Assembly: GCF_001194135.2 (NCBI RefSeq)
Contig: NC_068985.1
Span: 20,982,835 to 21,046,834, forward strand
Origin: Octopus bimaculoides
Lineage: Eukaryota
Direction of reading: 5' to 3'
Length of the DNA stretch: 64,000 nucleotides
The notes below the pieces were generated by a model that saw only the letters and a list, made by a program, of their open reading frames with translations, did no database searches and was not told where the DNA came from. Below are positions 13,201 through 26,281 of the stretch, one piece after another. The number at the start of each line of letters is the position of its first letter. The first letter of the stretch is position 1. The position numbers were made by a program, and so were the translations under genes.

Positions 13201-13494
13201 TTTGTCAAATAGTCATATTGATAGACCTAATGTGGTAACTAATGTATGTGTTCTTCAGACATTAAAATCTTAACGCTCTCCCTAAGATTTAGTTCAAATT
13301 GCTATCATTAAAGATAAATAGGTTTGCTCTATGTTAAATGAGTTTGGCTCCAAGTGATTTTGATTTGACCTATGAAACCATCAGCAATTATCAAATAGAG
13401 AATAACATACTACTGATTATTCACTGTTTAATTATTTCAGTTTAGTTTTAAGAAAATTGTCTTATATTGTAATATTAAATAAAGCTGTTTTATA

Positions 13495-14750
13495 CAGGGT
13501 GTGTAAGATATTTGAGGACAGATTTATGTTTATAAAAAAAAGCAGATATATAATAACAGATAATAACTTTATTTATCAAAACATGCTATGAGGATAAAAA
13601 TAAACCTTCTTTTCTATAATGTTATTCAATAAAGCCACCTTCAGCTTCAACAACTGCTTCTATATGAGATCTAAATCATCTACATGCTCGTGTCAAGTGG
13701 TCCTGGTTCATTTTGGACATTACTCTGACTATGACAGCTTTCAAAGAATCTATGGTATTATGGGCGTGTTCCTTGACCGCTCTCTCAACAACACTCCACA
13801 TGTAATAGTCCAATGGATTGAGATCTGGGGAATTAGGAGGCCAAATGTTAGGGGTTATGTGATCATGAAAATTTTCAGCCATCCATTCCTGTGTTACTAG
13901 AGCCATGTGTGATAGTGCAGAGTCTTACTGAAACACATATGGCCTTCCATTACATACACTGTCTATCCAAGGCTTAACAATTATTTCCAGGACCTCAATG
14001 TAGGTGGCAGAGTTAATTTTAAGGCCTTGTGGAAAGAAGTAAGGAGGCATCACATATCCTTCATTACTGACATCCCTTAAAACCATGACAGTTGCAGGAA
14101 ATTTTGCAGGCATAACAATTGGAACTTCAAAAGGGTCTGCACATAACCATCTGTGATTTCTTCTGTTAACTTTTTGATCTTGGCCAAAGTTTTTCTCATT
14201 TAAGAAAAACCAAATCAAATCTTCTGCTGGATTTTTCAGTTTGTTTAAGAGCCTTTTAGATCTTATGTAGTGATTTTCTTTTGCTTTTTCTGACAAATTG
14301 ATCTTTCCACATCATATAAGACTTATATCTGATGTCTTTGTGGACAACATTTCTTACTGTTCCTTCTGACATATAGAGATATTTTGCAATTGACCTCATG
14401 GACTTTCTGGGATTGTAGTCAATAGTCTGTTGAACTTGCTGGATAAATTCAGGTGTTCTGATAATTTCAGAGCATTCAGAATGCTTTTTATGCTTTGATA
14501 CTGGTGATACATTTCCATCTTCAGACTCTAGCTCCTTACAAACTTTGTAAACAAAAAATCTGGCAACTTTTAAAAATCAAGATATTTCTAAATCGCTATG
14601 CTCAACCTTTATAATCACAATAACAGCATGCCTCTTCATTTCTTGAGTAAGCTGAGGGTCTGCCATTATTATTTTCTGAAACAAAGACTATACAGAGTTA
14701 GCAAAAAATGCAACAATGACCCCAAAAAGGTATATCCTCAAATACCTTAC
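13495..14750 (-). mobile_element. Tc1/mariner DNA transposon, DD37D (maT-type), inactive copy with TIRs
   Basis: ORFs 13925-14296 and 13676-13906 are in frame, separated by one TAA in FQ*D. Motif WPPNSPDLNPLDY, 37 residues between 2nd and 3rd D. Left TA|CAGGGTGTGTAAGATATTTGAGGA matches the reverse complement of ATCCTCAAATACCTTAC at ~14734-14750, which runs into the gap. Confidence 0.92.
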
Positions 14751-14926
14751 NNNNNNNNNNNNNNNNNNNNNNNNNNNNNNNNNNNNNNNNNNNNNNNNNN
14801 NNNNNNNNNNNNNNNNNNNNNNNNNNNNNNNNNNNNNNNNNNNNNNNNNNNNNNNNNNNNNNNNNNNNNNNNNNNNNNNNNNNNNNNNNNNNNNNNNNNN
14901 NNNNNNNNNNNNNNNNNNNNNNNNNN
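14751..14926. other. Assembly gap (others at 4054-4063, 21341-21440, 22311-22320, 31574-31583, 45952-45961, 58178-58187)
   Basis: Runs of N, most adjacent to microsatellites. Confidence 0.99.
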
Positions 14927-17900
14927 TATATATATATATATATAAACGCTAGGTTTATACATGATTAAATGCAATGCAATCTGGATGTTGTAATTGATCC
15001 ACTTCAAATTTTATTTTCAGCCCTCCTAAAATAAACCGCATACAGAAATAAGTTATATTTTATTACAATCAGAGTTACTTAGCTGATACAAAGTACTATA
15101 AAAGAATCTATAGAGTGATAAACATTTCCCTTATTTGTTGAATGGTATTTTCATTATATTCAGGGAAATGAATCTTTGCAAATCTTCAAATTAAGCTTTC
15201 ATAAATATATTATTTTGATATAAACACATCGTTAAACTTTAATTTAACCTTAAGAAATATAAGTGTCAGTTGACAATTTACTGTTCATTTGCAGATAGTC
15301 AATAGATTTTGAGTTATAATTACATTTAATTTAGATGGAGTTTTTAATCTGTTTCAATTAATTATTTGGGCATAAAATGTGAAAATAATCACCATAACAC
15401 TGCCTATTAAGAAGTGATTTTTTTGTTTGTGACAAGTATTTTGAAAAATCATTCAGGTGAATTTATCCATATCTCCATGAATACAGTATAACAATCATTT
15501 TAACTTGAATGAAATAACATTATTTATTTGATATTTTTATAGTAATTTCCTTGATTTGTCTCTTGCCATTTGTGGTATATCTGTATAGTATTAGGACTGT
15601 TTAACAATTTCTTGTATTGCAAATTATTGGCGAAAGTTATTGGCTGAGAAAATTATTCTTTGATTAACTATGGTTTGGGTTTTTACACTTAAATTGAAAC
15701 AAAACCTTACCTTGCACCATTCTACAAAAATGATAATACTATACAGATATGAGGCCCAAATGTTACTGAAAGAAAATTCTATTTAACAAGTTGTGTGTCT
15801 CTTAATACTCTTTGCAATAACTGTTGATTGACTAATTAATGAGAAATATATTGTTTTATTGTCAATGTTAATTCAACATAAAGAGTAATGAAATAAATAA
15901 TGTAATATCTTGACAATAAAGTGATTTAAAAAATAAATTAATAACAAACAAATATGTCATTTAAAATATTTCCCTATGTTTAAACTATATAAACCACAAA
16001 CAAAAAATAGCTGTCAATTTTACTCAACAAAATATGAAATCATTTAAACGCATAATTTCTCATAATCAAGATTTTTATTTTTATTTATTTTTCATACAAA
16101 TATATAAATTCCAAAATGTTATATATATTCACTTTGATGCTGGTCTAATTCACAGAATAATAGACTTTTTTTCTACCTTGAAAAAGGAGTTCCTGTTTCA
16201 GAAAAATCTGAAAAAGGTTTAACCAAATAACAGCGAAGAAGGAAAAGTTCACAAAAGATCTGGAGCCTCTGTGATAGGGAGATCATTTTTCATTTGGTTG
16301 TCAAGCATTTAAATGTTGACACTTCCAAATTGCTTGTGTGTCCGCAACACACAAGACTGCAACAAATAGCACTGCAAAGCTTTCAGGCAAAAAGCGGTTC
16401 CTGGGGTTTTAGTTGAATTCTCAACAGACTGAACATTGTGGATTTACTAAATATATCACAAAGAAAAGAAAACTGTGATTAATTTACCTAAAAAATCCAA
16501 ATGGTTACTTATGAAAAATATGCTGTGTTTTGAACAGCAAATTCTATATTTCATTTTGAATAGTTATTTTTTTTTTCCATATTTTTAATACCCTTTCTAT
16601 CCTTACCTTATTTTGGCAATCCCTATCCTTTACTTGATTGTTCTTCTAACCTAATTTTTAAAATATTACAATTTACAAGTTCTACTGCTTAACAAATTTA
16701 CTTATTTTGGCACTATTTCCTTCAGTTTCAATTCTGTTTGTTTATTCTATATCTAACAGCGAAAACATTAACTTTTTACATCACTTCACTCAATATGAAA
16801 AAGCAAATAACCATGACATTAATTTCAACAATTGCTTGTGAGAATCCTCTTAGCCAATATTATTACACATGTACACACACACATATGTGTGTGTGGGTAT
16901 TAAATATATTTGCTTTGATTCATTATATTTTTACACCAAAGCAGCAGCATCTTGAGTCATGCAATTATTTTAGAGTGTATTGTTGAGTGACATTAATTGA
17001 TTGCTAGAAAACATTGAAAACTGTTAACTGAGACTGACTTTCAAAAATTAGGAGATTAATTTTAAAGATGACATTTAATGTGTTCAATAATATGAATTAA
17101 CTAATATATTTTTTATTATTCAATTTGAGAAACAGTAACAAAAATGTACGATACACACATCTTCCGTAACTACATTCTTATGAAATTTCCATATTAATAT
17201 CTTCCACTCTTAAGAATATATTGTAACTGCAAATTTGTTTCCTTCACTCTAATTATAAACACCACTAATAAGTATGAACAGACACTATAATTGATATACT
17301 ATAAATTACAAAAGCACTTATATATATAAGATATTGCTGTCACAACAAACATTCTGAATAGCACCCAAAGTAGGCTATCTGACTAATAGGCAATCTTCAC
17401 TCACCAATACACTGCAATCACTTACCCATCAACTGTGTCCTATTGCAGCCTTTTCTACCATAACTACAATATAGTCTGCTTCTTTAAGATAGCAAGCTGT
17501 GCACCACTCATAACCAAGCGGATAGAATTAACCCACTTTTCCTTCTTTCACCATCCCTACCACGTTAAACCCTCGCTAAATCTTGTACTAATCCTTTCTC
17601 CTAATATTTTGCCCCTTAAATGCAGTCCCTTGGAATTCGTTTCCTGTGCACATTCCCTTCCACCCAAATATCAACTGTATTGATCTCAGCATGACAAGGG
17701 GACCTGCAATTGCTTTTGACAATGATTCTTTCTTATGGCTGTAAACATGATGCCTACATCGATTTATGACTATTTCACTGTTGCTACACATCTTAAACTA
17801 TTGCGTTATCTAAGTGTACTTGGTCAGTGCTTACTTGGGATTTAACTACAACAGTAATTACACTATAATTATTATATTAATTCTATTAATAAGTCAAATA

Positions 17901-18601
17901 CCTACCAACTGCATAACTATACACAATACTCTAAACAAAACCTTCTACTATTCTATCGGTATACCCACACAAAAGCTCTCTCTCTTTTTCTCATATGCAT
18001 ATACTTCCTCAGACAACCTAACAAACAGTCTTTTTTATTCAATTACGTATATTCTCATCCCACTCTCTCCATACATGCCTACATACAGCTATATACACAC
18101 TATACTATATAATGAAAAAATGCGAGTTCTTTAACAGGCATTGTTCCTATACACTAATTGTATTATTGGAATATTAATTAGCACATCCAACCCAAATTTG
18201 TATTATTTGGTTTTTTTTTATTTAAACACTATATTGAATTCTTATGAAAAAATAGTCAATGTAAAGCAAGTGTTATTTTGATATACTGCAATTATTTAAA
18301 GGTGTAACAATCTTCTGGAACTACAAAAGCATAACAAACATATACAACCACTGCAACCTCATGGAAGTATTGCAAAAAAGAAAATTAAAGCTTGTTTTGT
18401 TTTTTCTTATTTCTGATATGTAAACTTCATTCGAAAAATATGTTACTAGTTTACATAATAGGTTTGACTAATCAAATATTCCATTACTTTACTGGTTGGT
18501 TTTGATGATGGGGTCTTTCTCTTTAATTAAGACTCCTTTATTCCTTATGCTACCTCAAATAAGTTTGCTGCCTTGTATTCCCACATTGAGAAATTATTTT
18601 A

Positions 18602-18820
18602 GGGTGAAAAATTGGCAGAATCTTTAGAGTGTTAAATAAAATGCCTTGCAGTATTTGTTCCAGCTCTTTACATTCTGAGTTCCAATCCCACTGAGGTCAA
18701 CTTTGCCTTTCATCCCTCTGAGGTCGATAAAATAAAGTACCAGTCAACTACTGGGGTCAATGTAATTGACTAAACCCATCCCCCTCAAAAATTGTTGGCC
18801 TTGTGCCTAAATCAGAAACC
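18602..18820 (+). mobile_element. SINE, family B
   Basis: TTCTGAGTTCCAATCCC B box plus CAACTTTGCCTTTCATCCCTCTGAGGTCGATAAAATAAAGTACCAG core and GGCCTTGTGCCTA tail. Confidence 0.85.
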
Positions 18821-20555
18821 ATTATTGTTTTCTTTATCTAACTTTGTTAAATATTAAACTTTATATTTGATCACTTTGCACTCACAAAATAAATGATTCC
18901 TAAATTTCAGTCTGTCTGTGTCTTTTTCTATATGTATATACAGGGATAGATAGACTGGCAAAAAGAGTGAAGCATATACATATGTATGCACTTGAGAGTG
19001 TTTATGTATATTTATAAATATATATGTTGTTCTGCAAGACTTGTAAAACTCTGAAGAATAACAGAGAACAACTTAAGCGCTACAACAAATAATTACACAT
19101 TATTTCGATACTGAAAATTTTTTTCACATGCATGTAAATACAAGTATTCATATAAAAAAAATACACACATATATATATATAAAAACAATATGGTGACATG
19201 ATGTATACATGGTTATAGAGTATAAACTTTATTCACAACTGAATCTCACAATTTTCCGCTTAGATTTTGTTCATTTTGGAACTGATGTTCAGAATTAAGA
19301 AATACTTTGTAGACTCATTTGTGAATAATGTATATGTAGATATACAATGCTCAATTTATCTAATTTCTTTATATTTATCTATATTACATAATGTTGATAG
19401 ATAAACAATATTATATTCCTATATTGTATTGCATTTCTACATGGTATTAAAGTTACAGAAGTGACAGGAACATTTGTTTTGTATTCAATGGTAATACTGC
19501 TTTTCCTTGACATAGAAGGTAACACTTCAAATTTTAAGTTTCGAAATATTAGTAAGGTTATAACTTTCCAGATTATTAAGATCATCTTTAAAGTGTATAT
19601 TTAAAAGATTTATATCCACACAATGCTTCAAGAGGTTTGACCTCCAATCATCAAGGATTTTATTCAGGAAGGACATTGAACCAATTGAAATGTTGTGTCA
19701 GCATAAATGTTCTAGATATATTCTCTAATGATGAGGTTAATGGTACAGAAAATTATAATCTTATTAAGAATCCATCTTAGATATTTCAATATTTAATGGT
19801 GTTATTTTCTTTAACTACACACGACTCTAATACAGAACGTTGGATTAACTATTATTTATGTATATGAAAAATCTTCTATGCACACTCACTCTTTCTCACT
19901 ATGTCGTTTTATCCACTTATTAACATGATTGGTCTTCTTAATCATGATCAATATATTAGTTTAATATATTTTCTAATAATTTATCACTTTCAAATTGTGT
20001 CTATTGTTTTTGATACAAAAAATGACGAACACTTCGTTGTTTCATATAGAGGCCACCTCATGCACGAACACAAAATTTTCATATATATTCACTGCCAAAT
20101 ATTCATGATCAGCATGTTGGAGGAGGAGAAAACTCATCAAGAGTTGATATTTTAGTATTTTGATTCACCATTTTTGATTCTAGAAAATATTGATGTTGTT
20201 ATTGTAATCATTAGTCTGAGTTAACTGCATGAATGCATGTTTCAGTTTCCTTTTTATCTCTTGGCTGACACTGTCATCTTTAGATTATAGACTGCATTTA
20301 AGCGTAAAACTATATATTGTACCCAGTATATTTATATATGATAGTCATAAGTGTAATGATGATTAACTAATTATACACACACACACTTACATATATTCCT
20401 AAATTACATGTATGTGTATGTAGATACATATATATGTGTGTATGTAGAAATATATATGTGTATGTATATATCTAAAATAATACAAATAATATGTGAGTAT
20501 ATGCATATATACGTACATGTATGTACATACCTACATCTACATGTATATATATAGA

Positions 20556-20606
<51 letters not shown>

Positions 20607-20707
20607 ACATATATACATGCATATACATATATGTAAATATGTACATACATACATATGTACATGTACATATATACATATATACACATATATCTATATGCAT
20701 ATATGTC

Positions 20708-20749
<42 letters not shown>

Positions 20750-20750
<1 letters not shown>

Positions 20751-20945
20751 ATGATTGACCGTTGACTGGACAGTATTCAATTTTTTTTCTCCGTGTTTTT
20801 CTCCTTGTCTCCATATTCTTTCTGTTGAAGAGCGTAGCTCGAAATGTCAAAGACTTTCCGTATTCCCAAGCGTCATACTAATACATCCTTTTGTTATTTA
20901 CACCACCTGTCCTCGTCTGTTGTTGTTTTTTCGTATATTCTCCCA
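20750..20945 (+). mobile_element. Short non-autonomous element (probably Penelope-derived) between (AT)n arrays, carrying a hammerhead-like motif
   Basis: Homologous to minus-strand copies at ~25730-25915 and ~45998-46190 (shared CTAATACATC..TTGTT..TACACCACCTGTC.TCGTC). Confidence 0.7.
20817..20853 (+). ncRNA. Minimal hammerhead-like motif, variant core CUGUUGA
   Basis: UCUUU-CUGUUGA-A-GAGC(GUA)GCUC-GAAA-UG-UC-AAAGA: perfect 5-bp stem I and 4-bp stem II. Confidence 0.6.
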
Positions 20946-21774
20946 TATATATATATATATATATATAGTAAATCTCATGTAGCAAATTGCAGATTGCAAG
21001 AGATTGGAAAATATCAGTAGAGTCAAACATTTTTTTTTAGTTAGCACTGTCATATTTACTATGTGATTGTTTGTGGTCTTGTTGAGGTTTGTTTTTCGGT
21101 GGGGGTGGAGATAATAAATTTTTTATGAACTTATATTTGATTCAACAAAAGAAGAATATTTTTCCTATGTTTAAGGAAGTATAGCTGCAACCTCAAATAT
21201 CTCATCTTGACACAGAATAAAAAAAAAACACTCATCTTTAGTGTCACATGAAGCCACGCACAACTAGATACAAACATTGTGATTCCATACTATATGAGTT
21301 ATTTGACTGTGCAGCAAATCTTAATTTAATACTGTGTGTGNNNNNNNNNNNNNNNNNNNNNNNNNNNNNNNNNNNNNNNNNNNNNNNNNNNNNNNNNNNN
21401 NNNNNNNNNNNNNNNNNNNNNNNNNNNNNNNNNNNNNNNNGATCTGCATGTTTTTGTGTGTATAAATATATATGAGTGTGTGTGTGTTTGTGTGTGTGTG
21501 TGTGAAAGAGAGTAATGTATATTCATCTAAACCTGCAAGCATGGAAAAAAATGAATGCACACATATGCCCACACAGATGTATTTAGATGAGTTTTTATAT
21601 ATAAGAGTACACTCACACCTGTCTATACAGGTCCTCTGCAAGTTTTTGTTGTGGGAATATATATATATATATATATATATATATTCCCACATCAACTGAT
21701 ATATATGTCTATGGATATATATGTATGTATGCATATATATTTATGTGTGTATCTATCTATGTATGCATATTCAT

Positions 21775-21823
<49 letters not shown>

Positions 21824-22092
21824 AATTAATCAATATAGAGATAAACTGGTGGATACTTGGATATAAGACATCCCTAGAAAGAGCAATTTTTATATATATA
21901 TACATATAGATATATACTTTATTAAGGGCTATAATTAAACCACATGCTGTAAAGGGACACTAAACTTTAGTGTCTCATATACAGTTTGTGGCTTTACTTA
22001 TAGTAATATCCCTTAATAATGTATTTTATATATATAGAAAAATTATATGCTTTCTATTTTTTCTTTGTGTAGATTTTATCCTTATATTTTAT

Positions 22093-22096
<4 letters not shown>

Positions 22097-22167
<71 letters not shown>
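22097..22167. repeat. (AT)n microsatellite, one of many (e.g. 748-788, 41521-41558, 47093-47160, 49890-49929, 56368-56422)
   Basis: Read directly; coordinates approximate. Confidence 0.95.
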
Positions 22168-22170
<3 letters not shown>

Positions 22171-24296
22171 GCATATTTATGTACATATATATATGTGCGT
22201 GTTTATGCATATACATTACTACTTGCATGTATGACGCAATACTATTATGGCAAACCCAGGTGTCCTGGTCTACTTTCAAATGCCATTTTACTGATTGGCA
22301 CTGTTTCAATNNNNNNNNNNGTCCTGGTCTACTTTCAAATGCCATTTTACTGATTGGCACTGTTTCAATCAGGAAACAGGTTCACAGAAGCATTTACTAT
22401 TCTCTTTCATTTTTCCATTGAACTACAACAGCCTCTACTCCTTTCTGAACCGTCTGCAAGACCTTGTCTCTTAGAATTATGCCTTATGTTCAAATTTTCC
22501 CTCTTTCTTTCCTTTATATTGTATGTCATCTCTCAAACTCTGTGTAAAGCACTTCATCAAATCCATCCTGCCCAGAAATGCAGCCAGCTGAAATTCTTAT
22601 TCTGCTAACACTTTTGCTACAAACATTGAATAGAAAATAGTCAAGCTAAACACTTAACCACCTAAATCCCATCATAGCTGAAGGATCTACAAATATCAAG
22701 GTCATTAGTCTTTGATAACTTACAAAAATAAATATCTGGATGGTACACACACTCACAAGCATATATGCAAATACATGTGTGTGTGTGTGTGTGTGTGTGT
22801 GCATTTAGTATCATTTACACAAATAAACTTAGTTCAATGTTTTAGTTTCTAGCAAGACATGCATGGTTTACCTCCCACTGAAGGTTGTCTTATTTTATGC
22901 TTAAATTGTATTAGTTTTTACACTCACATATCAGTATGTATTATATTACATAAGCCTTAATGTATGCGTGTATGTTTATCTATATATATGTATTTACATG
23001 TGTGTGTATGTCTACATATATAGGTGTGTATGTGTGTGTGTATATACATATATGTCTAAATGTGTATATATATATTTGTTTATGTAATTGTGTATGTGTG
23101 TGCATGAGTGTGTAAAGAAATAATCAGTAGAATTTCTATTTTCTTGATAACCTCTGAGAGGAAGAATCTGATTATTATTCAGCTGAAGATGTGCTTGTTG
23201 TTATATTGATAATGTTTCAGGCAAATCCCTTCATCAGAAGAGTACAGAAATATTTGTGTTCTCCTCCAACAAAGTTCATTAGCCAAAACATTAATCTTTG
23301 CTTCATTTCCTACATTACAACAAACACTTATTCAGTTACAGCTATGGGGGCACCTGTATGCAGTTACCTGATCTGCCAGATATCTTCCAAATTTTCCCCT
23401 CTGTTCATGCTCTAATATCTAAAGTAAATGGAAGTAAATGTGAGATAATTCTAGATATGCATTGTCTGAAATATGATTGGATGATCATAGCTGGAACTTA
23501 TTTAACCATTGATCTACTCAATTAGATATGACCTGGTGTTAAAAACACCAATACCCTCATCATATCAGTTGAATTCTAATCAATATATTCCTTACCTGGA
23601 TCGTTATACTTATTCAGCACTTTATTCAGTAAAGTGTGAGCATACATACATAGATACATATATACATAAATATTTACGCATATATATACATGCGTATATA
23701 TGTTCTGTATGTATATATATTTTACGTATATGTGTTTTTGTAAGTATATATATATGTAGCATGATGGAGGAAAAAGACAACAGAAAAAGAAGCAAAAGGG
23801 AGAAAGAAATACAGTGGCCTTACCTGTCGACCATGGCAGGATGAGCGATCACTGCCCAGATCAAAACATGACCTTTCACACACGCCGTCTCTGCTCAAAC
23901 TCCCCACACATGCTCAGTGTCCACACATGCCCCTGTTGCTCTTCCACCGGCCCCTGCAGTCCTCACTTCCGTTTGCCTCATCTGCAATCCTCTCCACCTA
24001 CACCACATAGCTTATTACAGCCCATAACACCACAAATACCACAGTATTTATATATATATTTATAATAAACATGAATATATGTGTGTGTGTGTGTGTATGT
24101 ATATATATATATATACATACGCACATCCATATATTTATAGGTGTATGTGTGTGTGTGTGTGTTTGTATTTGTTTTGCAAGACTCTTAATGTGAAATCGTA
24201 TGTTGAAACAAATGCTCTACTTTGGATGACTCATTTTTCCTACAAATAAAACATGCACTGGTTGTATTTTACTTAATATTATTATCATCATCATTA

Positions 24297-24513
24297 AGGT
24301 GGTGAGCTGACAGAATCATTAGCATGCCAGGAAAAATGCTTAGCAGTATTTTGTTTGTCTTTATGTTCTGAGTTCAAATTCCACCAAGGTCAACTTTGCC
24401 TTTCATCTTTTCAGAGTCGATAAAATAAGTACCAGTCAAACACTGGGGTTGGCCTAATCAAATAACTCCCACCACCAAAATTTCAGACTTAGTACCTATA
24501 GTAGAAGAGATTA
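24297..24513 (+). mobile_element. SINE, family B, near full length
   Basis: AAGGTGGTGAGCTGACAGAATC head, TTCTGAGTTCAAATTCC B box, CAACTTTGCCTTTCATC...GTCGATAAAATAAGTACCAG core. Confidence 0.85.
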
Positions 24514-25729
24514 TTATCATCACCATCTTCTTCATCAAGGTTGTGGTCTGGCTAAATCATTAGAACATCAAAAAAAAATGCCTTGTGTCAAAATTTGAAA
24601 CCAATATTATTATTGTTGTTGTCATCAGTAATTTACTTAACCAATTACTGAATGAATTGCTTTGTCCAATAATTCAGTTGGTTCATCAGAATTCTTTCAT
24701 CACACTCTGTGAAATTATCAATGTTGTACCCTCATGTTTTCCTTTCATGAACTGATGTCTCTGTCATTTTTATTACTTTGTATTGTTTGTCATTTATAGT
24801 GTCTGGATTGGGTGTATGTGACCAAATGTTTGATTAGTGAGTTAGTTAAGCCATTGATTGATAATAATAAAAAAATGTCAAATACAATCACTGCATGTAT
24901 AGTTATTAGAAAAAAGGGCCTTTCCAATGTACAGCAATATGTGTGTGTGCGTATGGAGGGTTTGTGATATCTATAGATGGAGTGAGTGCACGTATATGTT
25001 TTCTTATGTATATAGTATATGTAGTTTTAAGTGTGTGTGTTCATGTGAAAAGGCTTATAAAATCTACAAAATATTACTCTTTGCCTTATAGTTATCTCCA
25101 CAACTTTTAAATCAACAGTTTGCATACAAGTGTGTAATTATATATATATAAATACATAATTATGTATATACTATAAAAATAATAAGGGTAGAAAATTTAG
25201 AGAAATATTCTACCAGTGGCCAGCATGCGTAATGAATTCAATAGACAACATATTTTTCATATAAATTAGTTACGCATCTTACATGCTGGAATATTTCTCT
25301 AAATTTTCTATCCTTATTATTTTCATAGTAAAATTTTTGTAATTCTGAAGAACTTTGGTACGCAGTTTTAATTCTTATTATTTGCTGCCAATTGTAGCTT
25401 CGCTTGTGTGATGGATTTGAAAAATTATAATGTATATGGATGGAACACGTATGTCTTCGGTGTTGCATAAATATACATTAATTTTAGCCCCCTTACTGAA
25501 GAAGCACAGATGGCAAATTATTTTATTTGCACATTGATGTTGAAACTCAAGTATAAGGGTAACTATTGAAATGTTTTTATTTTTCACTACCTTTGAAATT
25601 ACTCTTATTTATGGTTTGGGCTTTAACTGCCCTTTCCAGCATGTAAGGTGTCCTGTTATGGTCACTTCTTTTGTGTATAAAAACATACACTAATTTATCA
25701 AATATATATATATATATAGTTAAAATTTA

Positions 25730-25915
25730 CAGCAAAACAAAAGACGAAAACAGGTGTATGAACAAGCAGGTATATTAGTTTGATGCTCTGGAAAGTAAGA
25801 AAGCCTTTTACATTTCAAGTCTACACTCTTCAGAAAGGAACATGAGGGAATAAACAGAGAGAGAATAAAAAAAACTTGTGGATTTAGCGATCAGTCATGG
25901 CATATATATTGAGAA
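25730..25915 (-). mobile_element. Copy of the short hammerhead-bearing element (degenerate)
   Basis: Homology to 20750-20945; motif at 25804-25838. Confidence 0.6.
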
Positions 25916-26242
25916 TAATAAGGTAGTCAGAATGTTGGATGATTATATATATATATATATATATATTTTTATTTACATTTTTTTAGTGCTTTCTTCCATT
26001 TTCAGATTTATCAAAAAAGTGGTTTATAGTAAGTTTGCTTCACCTTTTTATATCAAATTGAAACTGATGATTTTTCAATTTTGTATAAAAAGGCAAAGCA
26101 AACTTACTATAAACCATTTTTTGATAAATCCGATAACTGAAGAAAGTGCTAAAAATATAAATAAAAGTATATATAATCATCCAACATTCTTACTACCTTG
26201 ATATTCTCAACATACAATATCTGTACATAATTTCAAAAACTC

Positions 26243-26281
<39 letters not shown>

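Noticed and set aside
13259-13311. Acceptor with CTAAT branch point and a short phase-1 frame
   Set aside because: AT-rich, not coding-like, and no supporting signal beyond the acceptor.
22261-22370. ~50-nt exact direct repeat
   Set aside because: The copies sit either side of a 10-N gap, typical of an unmerged contig overlap.
23810-24050. GC-rich block with overlapping ORFs and a minus-strand donor
   Set aside because: No recognisable domain or matching acceptor; lies between microsatellites and is probably a retroelement remnant.
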